Notes under the pieces: model-generated | Database searches by the model: none | What the model was told of the DNA's origin: nothing | The model's input: only the letters and a program-made list of their open reading frames with translations | Position numbers and translations under genes: made by a program | Source: Fimbriimonadia bacterium | GTDB lineage: Bacteria > Armatimonadota > Fimbriimonadia > Fimbriimonadales > JABRVX01 | Assembly (NCBI GenBank): GCA_039961735.1 | Contig: JABRVX010000004.1 | Location: 3,220 to 67,219, forward strand | DNA length: 64,000 nucleotides | Direction: 5' to 3' | Shown here: piece by piece, positions 18,847 through 26,370 of the stretch | Position numbering within the stretch: position 1 is the first letter of the stretch | Layout: every line of letters begins with the position of its first letter

Positions 18847-19528
18847 TCCGCCAAATGTGCACCAGGCAGTAGTAGATTCCCACGAGCACGAAAACTGCCC
18901 CCGTCAGCCTTCTCGCCACCGACTCGAAGCGTGTGATGGCGCGGTGGGCTCGAGAGACGGCTTGGACTCCCATCGCGAGTAGCAGTGCGCACACGAGTAC
19001 CGGCAGGCCGGTCGCCACGCCGTACACCGCAGGGACCAACACCTTCGACTTCGCATGCACTGCCACTGGCAGCAGACTTCCGAAAAACAGTGCAGCAGAG
19101 GCGGGACAAAAGGAGAGCGCGAACAACACTCCCAAGAACAACGCTCCAGCAAATCCCATCTGCTCTGTCCGACGACCGAGTCCTTCGCTTACCGAAACGG
19201 CAGGTGTCTTCGGTGATAGTATGCCGAGCAGTATCATTCCCACCAGGATCAGCAGGGGACCCAGCAGTTGATTCATGTGCTTCTGCAGCAGATTGGACAA
19301 GTGTGGAGCAGAGAGCAAGCCGGACACGAGCAATACCCCTAGCACCGTGTAGGCGAGAGTGCGTCCGAGTGTGTACAGCCCCCCCGTAGCAAGCGCCGCC
19401 ATCGTGCCGCTCGCCTTCCGCGACACGAACGAGAGTGCCGCGATGTTCGTGGCCAAGGGACAGGGACTTACGGCAGTCAATAGGCCCAGCCAGAATGCCG
19501 TACCCGTCGCCAGGATCGCTTCCGTCAT
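18839..19528 (-). CDS. CcdA/DsbD-like thiol-disulfide membrane transporter (ArsG-family-like permease)
   Basis: The start ATG at 19528 shares 1 nt with the upstream TAA. 'GLLTAVSPCPLATNIAALSF' and a second 'LSFCPASAALFFG' half are typical of the DsbD_2/CcdA fold, which as I recall NCBI names ArsG family. Confidence 0.6.
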   Translation of the reverse strand: MTEAILATGTAFWLGLLTAVSPCPLATNIAALSFVSRKASGTMAALATGGLYTLGRTLAYTVLGVLLVSGLLSAPHLSNLLQKHMNQLLGPLLILVGMILLGILSPKTPAVSVSEGLGRRTEQMGFAGALFLGVLFALSFCPASAALFFGSLLPVAVHAKSKVLVPAVYGVATGLPVLVCALLLAMGVQAVSRAHRAITRFESVARRLTGAVFVLVGIYYCLVHIWRII

Positions 19529-20013
19529 TACTTCTTGGCGGCAGCCAGCATCACGTCGATCTTTCTGGTCAAATAATCGCGGAACTTCGCGGGATCCGAT
19601 GTCAGTAGCCACACATCGTCTAGAGACTTCCACTCTGCGCGCTTGCCCTTGACGAACCGGGCTGCAATGAGGCTGCTCGATATGAGTTCATACTCCCTTA
19701 TGAACGAGTCGTTGCCGGGATCATCCACGTTGATGACCTGATACACCAGGCGCCCACTCTCGAGTTCCTTGGCATACACCTCTTGGACGATCTGGCCAGT
19801 CAGGTCCTCGATCTTGAGGCAGGTCGGGCAGCGCTGCGTGCGGTGGAAGTAGTAAAGCATCAGATCGGGAGCTCGGATCTCCGTTTGCTGTGTGGGTCCG
19901 GGACTCGACGTACTCTGGGTGCTCTGCGGGTTGCCCCCTCCCAGCCCGAGATAGGCCAGGCTGGCTCCGACGAACAGGAGAAGACCCCACTTCACTAAGC
20001 TAGCGGAGAGCAT
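19528..20013 (-). CDS. Membrane-anchored thioredoxin-fold protein (ArsF-family-like)
   Basis: The start ATG at 20013 overlaps the upstream TGA. N-terminal TM helix MLSASLVKWGLLLFVGASLAYLG. CxxC motif in 'YYFHRTQRCPTCLKIE'. Layout matches proteins named 'nitrophenyl compound nitroreductase subunit ArsF family' (from recollection). Confidence 0.5.
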   Translation of the reverse strand: MLSASLVKWGLLLFVGASLAYLGLGGGNPQSTQSTSSPGPTQQTEIRAPDLMLYYFHRTQRCPTCLKIEDLTGQIVQEVYAKELESGRLVYQVINVDDPGNDSFIREYELISSSLIAARFVKGKRAEWKSLDDVWLLTSDPAKFRDYLTRKIDVMLAAAKK

Positions 20014-20390
20014 CAGAAGACTCCTTTCAGTATCTGGACAATCGAATCGTACACTCTGTCTACATTCTCGGTGGATACCGGCGTGTTGCCCTTCTCCATA
20101 CCCATCTCCTGGAGGGCGAAGTGCATCATGCCCGCAGCGCCGACACTCTCCAATGTGCGACGCGCACATTCATGGTCGCACCCATCAATCGCGACAATGG
20201 AAGTGGCCGCACGGGCCTTTTCGACCATATCCTCGACCCTGCCACCGATCGCTGCGATACAGCTCATCGTTGCCAGGCGACGACGCGACAACTTGCGAGC
20301 CACTTGGTCCGTGATTGCACCGACGTCCGACGCGCCAGAGCATGCGAAGACCATCGGTAGGCCAGTGCCCCCACATCCGCAACCACCCAC
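20013..20390 (-). CDS. DGC-domain putative zinc-binding protein (ArsE-like position)
   Basis: 'VFACSGASDVGAITDQVARKL' together with 'VAIDGCDHECARRTL' forms the DGC motif. GTG start with AGGAGG upstream. Confidence 0.7.
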   Translation of the reverse strand: MGGCGCGGTGLPMVFACSGASDVGAITDQVARKLSRRRLATMSCIAAIGGRVEDMVEKARAATSIVAIDGCDHECARRTLESVGAAGMMHFALQEMGMEKGNTPVSTENVDRVYDSIVQILKGVF

Positions 20391-20392
20391 GG

Positions 20393-20632
20393 TTACGATC
20401 CCTCCTGCAGAAGTTGCTTGATTGCCTCCGCTGAGAGCACCTTTCCGGAAGACACCACCTTGCCATCCACCGCCAGCCCAGGAGTCATCATTACTCCGAG
20501 CTGGATAATCTGCCCAATGTCAGTAATCTTCTCGATCTCGTACGGCAAGCCCAGCTCCTTTGCAGCCGTCTCCGCGTGTTCTGCCAGCAGCTTGCACTTC
20601 GGGCATCCGGTTCCTAGTATCTGAAGCTTCAT
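20393..20632 (-). CDS. Thioredoxin family protein (redox-active disulfide protein 2 type)
   Basis: 79 aa. 'MKLQILGTGCPKCKLLAEHAE...GVMMTPGLAVDGKVVSSGKV' is the classic small CPxC Trx-like protein found beside PF03773 permeases. Confidence 0.8.
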   Translation of the reverse strand: MKLQILGTGCPKCKLLAEHAETAAKELGLPYEIEKITDIGQIIQLGVMMTPGLAVDGKVVSSGKVLSAEAIKQLLQEGS

Positions 20633-20663
20633 AGTCCGCCTCCTATCGTTCTCAATCCAGTCG

Positions 20664-21995
20664 TCACGATGACGTCGTCTCTCCGAAGAACGCTCCGAAC
20701 ACGATACCGGAGAGTGTTGCTAGTATTACTACCAGTAAGATGAACGCGAGGGTCTTGCGTGTACCCATCACGCTACGTATCACGAGCATATTGGGGAGCG
20801 ACAGGGCGGGTCCTGCGAGCAGGAGCGCCAGCGCAGGTCCTTTGCCCATACCGCTTCCTACCAGTCCTTGTACGATCGGCACCTCGGTCAGCGTGGCGAA
20901 GTACATGAATGCACCCGCCACCGACGCAAACAGGTTGGCCCACAGGGAGTTGCCGCCCACCGCCGCTGTTACCCACTCGGAGGGGATCAAGCCCTCGCTC
21001 CCGGGCCGCCCGAGCAGCGCTCCGGCGATCAACACACCACCCAATAGCAGCGGCATGATCTGTTTTGCGAAGCCGTAGGACGAGCCGAACCACTCCTTCC
21101 CCTCGCCCGAATCCGTGGCTAGTACGAGCGAAAGCCCGACCACACCTGCGGCGAAGGAGATCATGGGGGCACCGGGCACCACGACTACCAGTATCGCAAC
21201 CGGTAGCGCAACACACGCGAGCTTCCAGGCTTTCACACCCATCCAGGCTGTCATGATGAACCCGAGCGCGATTGCGCTGAGCGAGGTCAGCCACCACTTC
21301 ACGCCATAGATGGCCGACCATATACCCACACCTTGCTCCGGCTTGGCCCAGTTGGCGAAGACCAGAAGCGCGATCATGGATGCGAAGAACAGCGCGTTCT
21401 GCCAAAGCGGACGTGGTGCTTCGGGCTGGACTGTGTTGGCGGCCGCAGATGCCTTTGCCATCTCGTCGTTGCGGAACAGGAGATGCATGCACACACCGAT
21501 CACGATGCTGAACACCACTGCCCCAACGGCGCGTGCGACCCCTAGTTGCAGTCCTAGGATTCGCGCAGTCAGGATGATAGCGAGGACGTTGATGGCCGGA
21601 CCGGAGTACAGAAATGCCGTGGCCGGTCCCAATCCCGCCCCCATCCGATAGATGCCTGCAAACAGTGGGAGCACCGTGCACGAGCACACTGCTAGCACCG
21701 TACCAGACACCGACGCCACGCCATACGACAACAGCTTGTTTGCGCCGGCACCAAGGTAGCGCATGACCGATGCCTGGCTGACGAACACGGCCATCGCGCC
21801 GGCGATGAAGAAGGCGGGCACGAGACAGAGCAGGACGTGCTCCTGCGCATACCACCTCGCTAGATAGAGCGCTTCCCACAGGGCGTTCTTGACGCGGTGC
21901 GATTCCCGGAGCCACTCGATCGGCAGATAGAAAAAGGCGAGGAAGACGAAGAGCATGAGAAGAAGAACTCGCCACTCTTTCCGCCAATCGTACAT
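20664..21995 (-). CDS. PF03773-type permease (ArsP_1 / 'predicted permease' family)
   Basis: 443 aa and polytopic. The 'LAVCSCTVLPLFAGI' Cys pair and two-lobed topology are typical of the family. Operon position is directly after ArsR. Confidence 0.7.
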   Translation of the reverse strand: MYDWRKEWRVLLLMLFVFLAFFYLPIEWLRESHRVKNALWEALYLARWYAQEHVLLCLVPAFFIAGAMAVFVSQASVMRYLGAGANKLLSYGVASVSGTVLAVCSCTVLPLFAGIYRMGAGLGPATAFLYSGPAINVLAIILTARILGLQLGVARAVGAVVFSIVIGVCMHLLFRNDEMAKASAAANTVQPEAPRPLWQNALFFASMIALLVFANWAKPEQGVGIWSAIYGVKWWLTSLSAIALGFIMTAWMGVKAWKLACVALPVAILVVVVPGAPMISFAAGVVGLSLVLATDSGEGKEWFGSSYGFAKQIMPLLLGGVLIAGALLGRPGSEGLIPSEWVTAAVGGNSLWANLFASVAGAFMYFATLTEVPIVQGLVGSGMGKGPALALLLAGPALSLPNMLVIRSVMGTRKTLAFILLVVILATLSGIVFGAFFGETTSS

Positions 21996-22031
21996 CCCGT
22001 CCCCCAGTAGGTACTTGTTAGTTGTGTGGTA

Positions 22032-22379
22032 TCAATCGCTGTGTGCGGAGCGTGTCGCCATCGCCAGCTCATATCGTTGCCTGGCGGTCGCCTCCAACAC
22101 TCTGTCGACGCAATCCAGGAATCCCTGTAGGCAAGGCACGCGCAGCGAGCAGATCACCTTCGTGCCGACGCGGCGGTCGGCGACGACACCCGCTGCCCTC
22201 ATGACCGACAGATGACGTGACACCGTGGACACGTCGTCACCGACCAGGTCCGTAAGCTCACACACGCACCGTTCTCCCTTGGCAAGCTCCATGGCGATGA
22301 AGAGACGAGTCGGGTGTGCGAGGGCCTTGATAACTGCGGCTTTGGCCTCGAGGGCGGCCCGCGTGGTGTCGTCGAGCAT
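22032..22379 (-). CDS. ArsR/SmtB family metalloregulator
   Basis: 'IKALAHPTRLFIAMELAKGERCVCELTDLVGDDVSTVSRHLSVMRAAGVV' is a winged HTH with the CVC metal/metalloid site. Confidence 0.9.
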   Translation of the reverse strand: MLDDTTRAALEAKAAVIKALAHPTRLFIAMELAKGERCVCELTDLVGDDVSTVSRHLSVMRAAGVVADRRVGTKVICSLRVPCLQGFLDCVDRVLEATARQRYELAMATRSAHSD

Positions 22380-22397
22380 GGTCAGGTGTGCTCCTAC

Positions 22398-22425
22398 ATT
22401 TTTGTCTTTTTGCTATTATGGCCAA
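22398..22425 (-). promoter_or_regulatory. AT-rich candidate promoter/operator of the arsR operon
   Basis: This is the only AT-rich patch in the region. The minus strand reads TTGGCC-N16-AAAAAT, then GGAG, then ATG (22379). It contains a central TGGCCA palindrome. Confidence 0.3.
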
Positions 22426-22967
22426 ATATTCCATGTTCGGCGACCTCGGCAGTCCCTTTGACCCAATCCCAGTTGCCGGCCCAGGGCAGATTGGCGCCGG
22501 AGGCTGCGATCCTGGCGAGCCCTTTGCGAACCTTGCGTGGCAATCAGAGCAGTGCCCTGGTGATGCGCAGCTACACGAGCTACAGCACGGTGCCGGCAAG
22601 GGCTTCCACGCGGAGCGAGCAGAGATCCGCGGAGGGCGCATGAGGTCATCGCGGTGGCTATCCCGGGTGGTTCGTGTTCCACGATGGCTCCGACGCCCGT
22701 CCGCGATGCCTACGACCGTTCGAGGAAGGGCGGGAACCGCGCGGCGCCACATCCCGACTCGCGCTTGAAAGTTGAACGTAATTGCTACTGCCGCACGTTG
22801 CGGCGTTGCCAAGCGGCGTGCAGGTCCAGATGCAATTGGTTCCGCCCGCCGTAGTACGCGGCCCACCCCCCGACGGGTGGCGCGCTGTCACCCATGGACG
22901 CTATACATGTCGTATTGGGGCATGGAAACCTCGGTGCCACCGCCCGAAGCAGGAGAAGGTGGGCGCA

Positions 22968-23747
22968 ATGGGCGAACTGGGAGACACCTTGGGCCCTTCT
23001 CGATTCCTGGTCGCTGCGCGCTCTGAAGCGCTGGACAATCTGGTCGGCGTCATCACCAGTCTGCTGGACTTCACGCTGCGGTTCCACCGTCCGCCCTGGT
23101 GGTCCGAGCAGTGGCAGCAGGCGCGCGCCGAGGTCGGTCCTTCGCGCCATGCTAAGCTGCTGGTTCGCTTTGCCCGCGAGATCGCCGAGATCGAGCGAGA
23201 GATGGAATGGCAACCTCCCCCTTCGCGGATTCCACCCTCCATTCAGTGCCGACGTGGCCTGAAGTTGCTTCGCTTTTGGCTCGCGGAGGGCATTCCGACC
23301 GAGTGTTTCCATCCGTTCTTGGTTGGTGGGCTAGTCGGCTTTGAAGGGCGCTGGCCGGAGGAAGTGTCGCTGGCAGTAAGCCACTGGGGCTCCGAGCGGC
23401 CGGCCGCGGCCAATCTGATTCGCGAGCTGATGGAGTCCTCCCGCCCCCGAACTCACGCTCTGCACGGGGACTGGCCCGTGCCAGACGAGGCGCTGCCGGA
23501 CCCGCTGGTAGACATCGCCCAGGCGGTCACCTTCGGGGTGTATCTCGGGAACGTGCCTTGCACGGCTCGGTTCGAGGCCGTCACCGAGAGTGGGCGGGTG
23601 GAGGCGACGCTCCTCGAGATGGTGCTCGAAGCGCTGCGGGAGGGCTGGAGCGCGGAGAGGCTGGCTGCCGATCTGGCCGAATGTGGCGTCCTACTCCGCT
23701 CGGCCCAGCCCCGCCGCAGACGGCACGCCGAGAAGCCTCAGGCCTGA
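22968..23747 (+). CDS. Hypothetical protein (259 aa), no family recognised
   Basis: ATG at 22968 preceded by GGAGAAGGTG. Protein-like composition, with an amphipathic helical N-terminus 'ALDNLVGVITSLLDFTLRF'. The upstream part of ORF 22782 looks non-coding. Confidence 0.5.
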   Translation: MGELGDTLGPSRFLVAARSEALDNLVGVITSLLDFTLRFHRPPWWSEQWQQARAEVGPSRHAKLLVRFAREIAEIEREMEWQPPPSRIPPSIQCRRGLKLLRFWLAEGIPTECFHPFLVGGLVGFEGRWPEEVSLAVSHWGSERPAAANLIRELMESSRPRTHALHGDWPVPDEALPDPLVDIAQAVTFGVYLGNVPCTARFEAVTESGRVEATLLEMVLEALREGWSAERLAADLAECGVLLRSAQPRRRRHAEKPQA

Positions 23748-23771
23748 GCGTCTTAGGCTCTCGCGTAGTGT

Positions 23772-23787
23772 AGAGACGGCCGTCTCT
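23772..23787 (+). terminator. Perfect palindrome AGAGACGGCCGTCTCT downstream of the hypothetical ORF
   Basis: 16-nt self-complementary sequence 25 nt after the stop at 23747. There is only a weak T-tract afterwards. Confidence 0.3.
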
Positions 23788-23803
23788 TGCAATCAGGTTT
23801 CTC

Positions 23804-23833
23804 TTGACGATTCGGCTCCCACTATGGTATTTG
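23804..23833 (+). promoter_or_regulatory. Candidate sigma70-type promoter for the tRNA pair
   Basis: TTGACG (23804-23809), an 18-nt spacer, then TATTTG (23828-23833). It sits 17 nt upstream of the tRNA-Tyr 5' end. Confidence 0.3.
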
Positions 23834-23849
23834 ATTCCCCGTCTCTCAT

Positions 23850-23935
23850 GGCGCGATGGCCGAGCGGTCAATGGCAACAGACTGTAAATCTGTCGGGAGT
23901 ACCCTACCTAGGTTCGAATCCTAGTCGCGCCACCA
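23850..23935 (+). tRNA. tRNA-Tyr (anticodon GTA), CCA encoded
   Basis: Hand-folded cloverleaf. Acceptor GGCGCGA/TCGCGCC, D stem GCCG/TGGC, anticodon stem ACAGA/TCTGT with loop CTGTAAA. Long variable arm CGGGAGTACCCTAC. T arm CTAGG-TTCGAAT-CCTAG, then ACCA. Confidence 0.9.
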
Positions 23936-23938
23936 GAA

Positions 23939-24013
23939 GCCCATGTAGCTCAGTGGTAGAGCACTTCTTTGGTAAAGAAGAGGTCACGAGTCCGATTCTC
24001 GTCATGGGCTCCA
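23939..24013 (+). tRNA. tRNA-Thr (anticodon GGT), CCA encoded
   Basis: Acceptor GCCCATG/CATGGGC, D arm GCTC-AGTGGTA-GAGC, anticodon stem CTTCT/AGAAG with loop TTGGTAA. T arm ACGAG-TCCGATT-CTCGT, where position 55 is C rather than the usual T. Confidence 0.85.
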
Positions 24014-24289
24014 GTCTCACTTTCCATTGAGCCTTCAGGGTCGAAAACAGGACTTCGTTGTAGGTCTCGGTCAATTCCGAGGGGCCTGTTGGAAGGCAAA
24101 TGGAAAAACAGAGCTTCGTTCTGTCGGTTCGCCGGCACCCCTATCACGTGAGGAGTTGCGCTCAACGGCGCAAGGATGGCTCCTCGACTGCGAGATTCGC
24201 CGGCATTCGCGCTACAATCGTCATTCGGCGGACCGCCGTCGACAATCTCCTGTGGTTCCTCAAGGCGTGCCTGGCCGCCCCGGGCGAGG

Positions 24290-24527
24290 TCCTCTACGCT
24301 CGCCCGGATCGCCACCAACCGCAGCCCCTGAGCCAGGAGCAGGCGCAAAAGATGCTCGTAACTGTAGCGGGCGTACTTCGGAGCGCCGGTCGGGGGCGGA
24401 AGAATACCCGCCTAGCGCGCCTGCCGACCAGGATGTCGGGGCGTGTGCGTAGCAGGCCGTTTGCTGCCGCCACCAGTTCCTCCAGGGCGAAAGGAGCGGC
24501 GATGCGGCACTCCTTCACCTTCGGCAC
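24290..24527 (-). pseudogene. Possible frameshifted MerR-type HTH remnant
   Basis: Frame A (GTG 24527) gives 'RIAAPFALEELVAAANGLL...'. After a frame change near 24412 (a TAG in the other frame), the text 'AGILPPPTGAPKYARYSYEHLLRLLLAQGLR' matches the MerR-like 'GLLPPP.G....Y..EHL.RL' pattern. The second frame has no stop until it reads into tRNA-Thr. Confidence 0.3.
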
Positions 24528-24837
24528 GCTTCCATTCTACGCGACACTTCGCGCCGTCGTACGCGCCACGGCATGTAACCCGCACTGTTGCCGGTTCGCA
24601 TCCCCCATGCCCAAACTCGGCGGGTAAGGAACGGGGGCGTATGACAACAACCCGGATGCTTTCAAAAGAATGAAAACTTCCCTCGCGTTCGGCAATGCTC
24701 CGCTGGTTTCCGGACTGCGCGAACCTGCTTGTGCCTTTGACAGCGACCGACCGCGATGCATTCAAAGCGAGCAGGCTCGCGCAGTCTCAGAAGCCCTGCC
24801 TATCGATCCGGCGGCGGGGGCAACACTGCTATCGCAC

Positions 24838-26316
24838 CTACTCGAGAGCGGAACTGATGAACGCGGCGACGTCCTTCTTCAGCTTCTTCAGCGAGACGCC
24901 GTGGATGTACATCATGTGCCCAGCCTCATACTCGGATGTGTTGATACGATCCCGCAGCGATCTATCGAGCCCCATGTGCGCCAGCGTGTACTTCGTCGCG
25001 TAGTAGGGTGTGGCGAGGTCGTAGTAGCCCGATGCCACCATGAGACGCATATAGGGGTTTTTCGCGAACGCCGATCGGAGTGCTTCGCTGGTATCCGGAG
25101 GGCCCTCGCCCGCCGAGCCCCAGTCCCACGGTTTCTCGATACCTTCGCCTAACACGTAATAAGGCACGTAATAAGGAACGTCGGTCTTGTAGCCGAGGGT
25201 GCCGCGGATGTAGTCGTTGATCATGGAAGTGTAGGGGGGACGAATCGCTGCCATGCTAGGGTCGTGCTCCGGCCTTTCGGTTACTCCGCTAGCGTCCATA
25301 CCCTTGATGCGGCTGTCGAGCCGTCCGACCGTGCGTCCCTCGTCGCGGAGCAGCTCCTTGCAGAAATGGTGGATGTTCACACGAAGATCACAGTTACGGA
25401 TGAACCTGGGCTCCAGCCCGGTGTACCGCGAGAGACGCGATACCACCTCGTCTCTCTCCCTGACTGACAACCTGTCACCTTTTGCGAGTGCGAGGGTGTA
25501 TTCGGTGCCCGCCCATTGTTCCACCTCGGCCAGCGTCTTGTGAAGGTCCTTCATTAGGTCCTTCGGCAGCTTCTTGTGATACCACGCGGTAGCGGTGTAT
25601 GTAGGCAGGAAGAGCACGTACGGCAGGTCGTTGCCCTTGACGAATCGGGCTGTTAGAAAGTTGAGAATGGACGAGACGAGGATGATACCGTTGAAGGCGA
25701 TACCTTTCTCAATCAGGTGCCCGGCGAGGCCGGCAGCGCGAGTCGTGCCATAGCTTTCGCCTACCAAGAAGAGCGGGGACGTCCAACGCTCGAAGCGTGT
25801 TAGGAACAGCCGAATGAACTCTCCCACCGACTCGATGTCACCTTTCAGTCCCCAGAACTTCTCGCCGAGCTCCTTGGTGGCGGGACGGCTATAACCTGTG
25901 CCGACGGGGTCTATGAAACACAGGTCCGTGTCCTCCAGCCAGGTTTCCGGGTTGTCCACCAGTTTGTAGGGCGGTGGCGGTAGGTTCCCGTCGTCCTGCA
26001 ACCGCACGCGCTTCGGCCCGACGGCACCCAGGTGCAGCCAGAGCGAGGCCGAACCCGGCCCGCCGTTGAACGAGAACATGAGGGGTCGTTTCGCGCGGTC
26101 CGCGCCCTTCTTGAAGTACGCCATGAAGAAGACTCCCGCCTCGGTCTCACCGGTCGGCCCGTTGATGGGCAGCATGCCGGTGTGTGCTTCGTACGCTAGC
26201 GTCTTCTGGCCGATCTGCAGCTTGTGGGAGGTAACGACCGGCGGTTGGTCGGTGGTCAGCGGATAGCGTTCTTCCTTCTTTTCGTTCTTGTCGGCTTTCT
26301 GGTCGGGCTGTTCCAT
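24838..26316 (-). CDS. Peptidase S10 family serine carboxypeptidase
   Basis: 'PLMFSFNGGPGSASLWLHLGAVGP', 'FIDPVGTGYSR' and the nucleophile motif 'FLVGESYGTTRA'. No obvious signal peptide. Confidence 0.85.
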   Translation of the reverse strand: MEQPDQKADKNEKKEERYPLTTDQPPVVTSHKLQIGQKTLAYEAHTGMLPINGPTGETEAGVFFMAYFKKGADRAKRPLMFSFNGGPGSASLWLHLGAVGPKRVRLQDDGNLPPPPYKLVDNPETWLEDTDLCFIDPVGTGYSRPATKELGEKFWGLKGDIESVGEFIRLFLTRFERWTSPLFLVGESYGTTRAAGLAGHLIEKGIAFNGIILVSSILNFLTARFVKGNDLPYVLFLPTYTATAWYHKKLPKDLMKDLHKTLAEVEQWAGTEYTLALAKGDRLSVRERDEVVSRLSRYTGLEPRFIRNCDLRVNIHHFCKELLRDEGRTVGRLDSRIKGMDASGVTERPEHDPSMAAIRPPYTSMINDYIRGTLGYKTDVPYYVPYYVLGEGIEKPWDWGSAGEGPPDTSEALRSAFAKNPYMRLMVASGYYDLATPYYATKYTLAHMGLDRSLRDRINTSEYEAGHMMYIHGVSLKKLKKDVAAFISSALE

Positions 26317-26370
26317 GCGGATGGTGTTCGCCGGGGAAGGTGTGATCCCTGCCGGGGATGGTCGGGCAAC

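Noticed and set aside
20773-21987. A 404-aa same-strand alternative frame inside the PF03773 permease gene.
   Set aside because: The translation is Arg-rich nonsense, whereas the annotated frame gives a coherent polytopic membrane protein.
22722-22734. GAGGAAGGGCGGG, which resembles the RNase P RNA CR-I box (GAGGAAAGTCCGGG), inside the long arsR-upstream spacer.
   Set aside because: The other universal RNase P blocks (GGTAAGGGTGAAAGGGTGCGGTAAGAGCGCACC and ACAGAACCCGGCTTA) are not present nearby.
22388-22768. A 126-aa ORF in the arsR-upstream spacer.
   Set aside because: It has no SD, and its C-terminal two thirds are Arg-rich junk. Only the first 30 codons or so look protein-like. It is kept as a question under the intergenic-region finding and not called as a gene.
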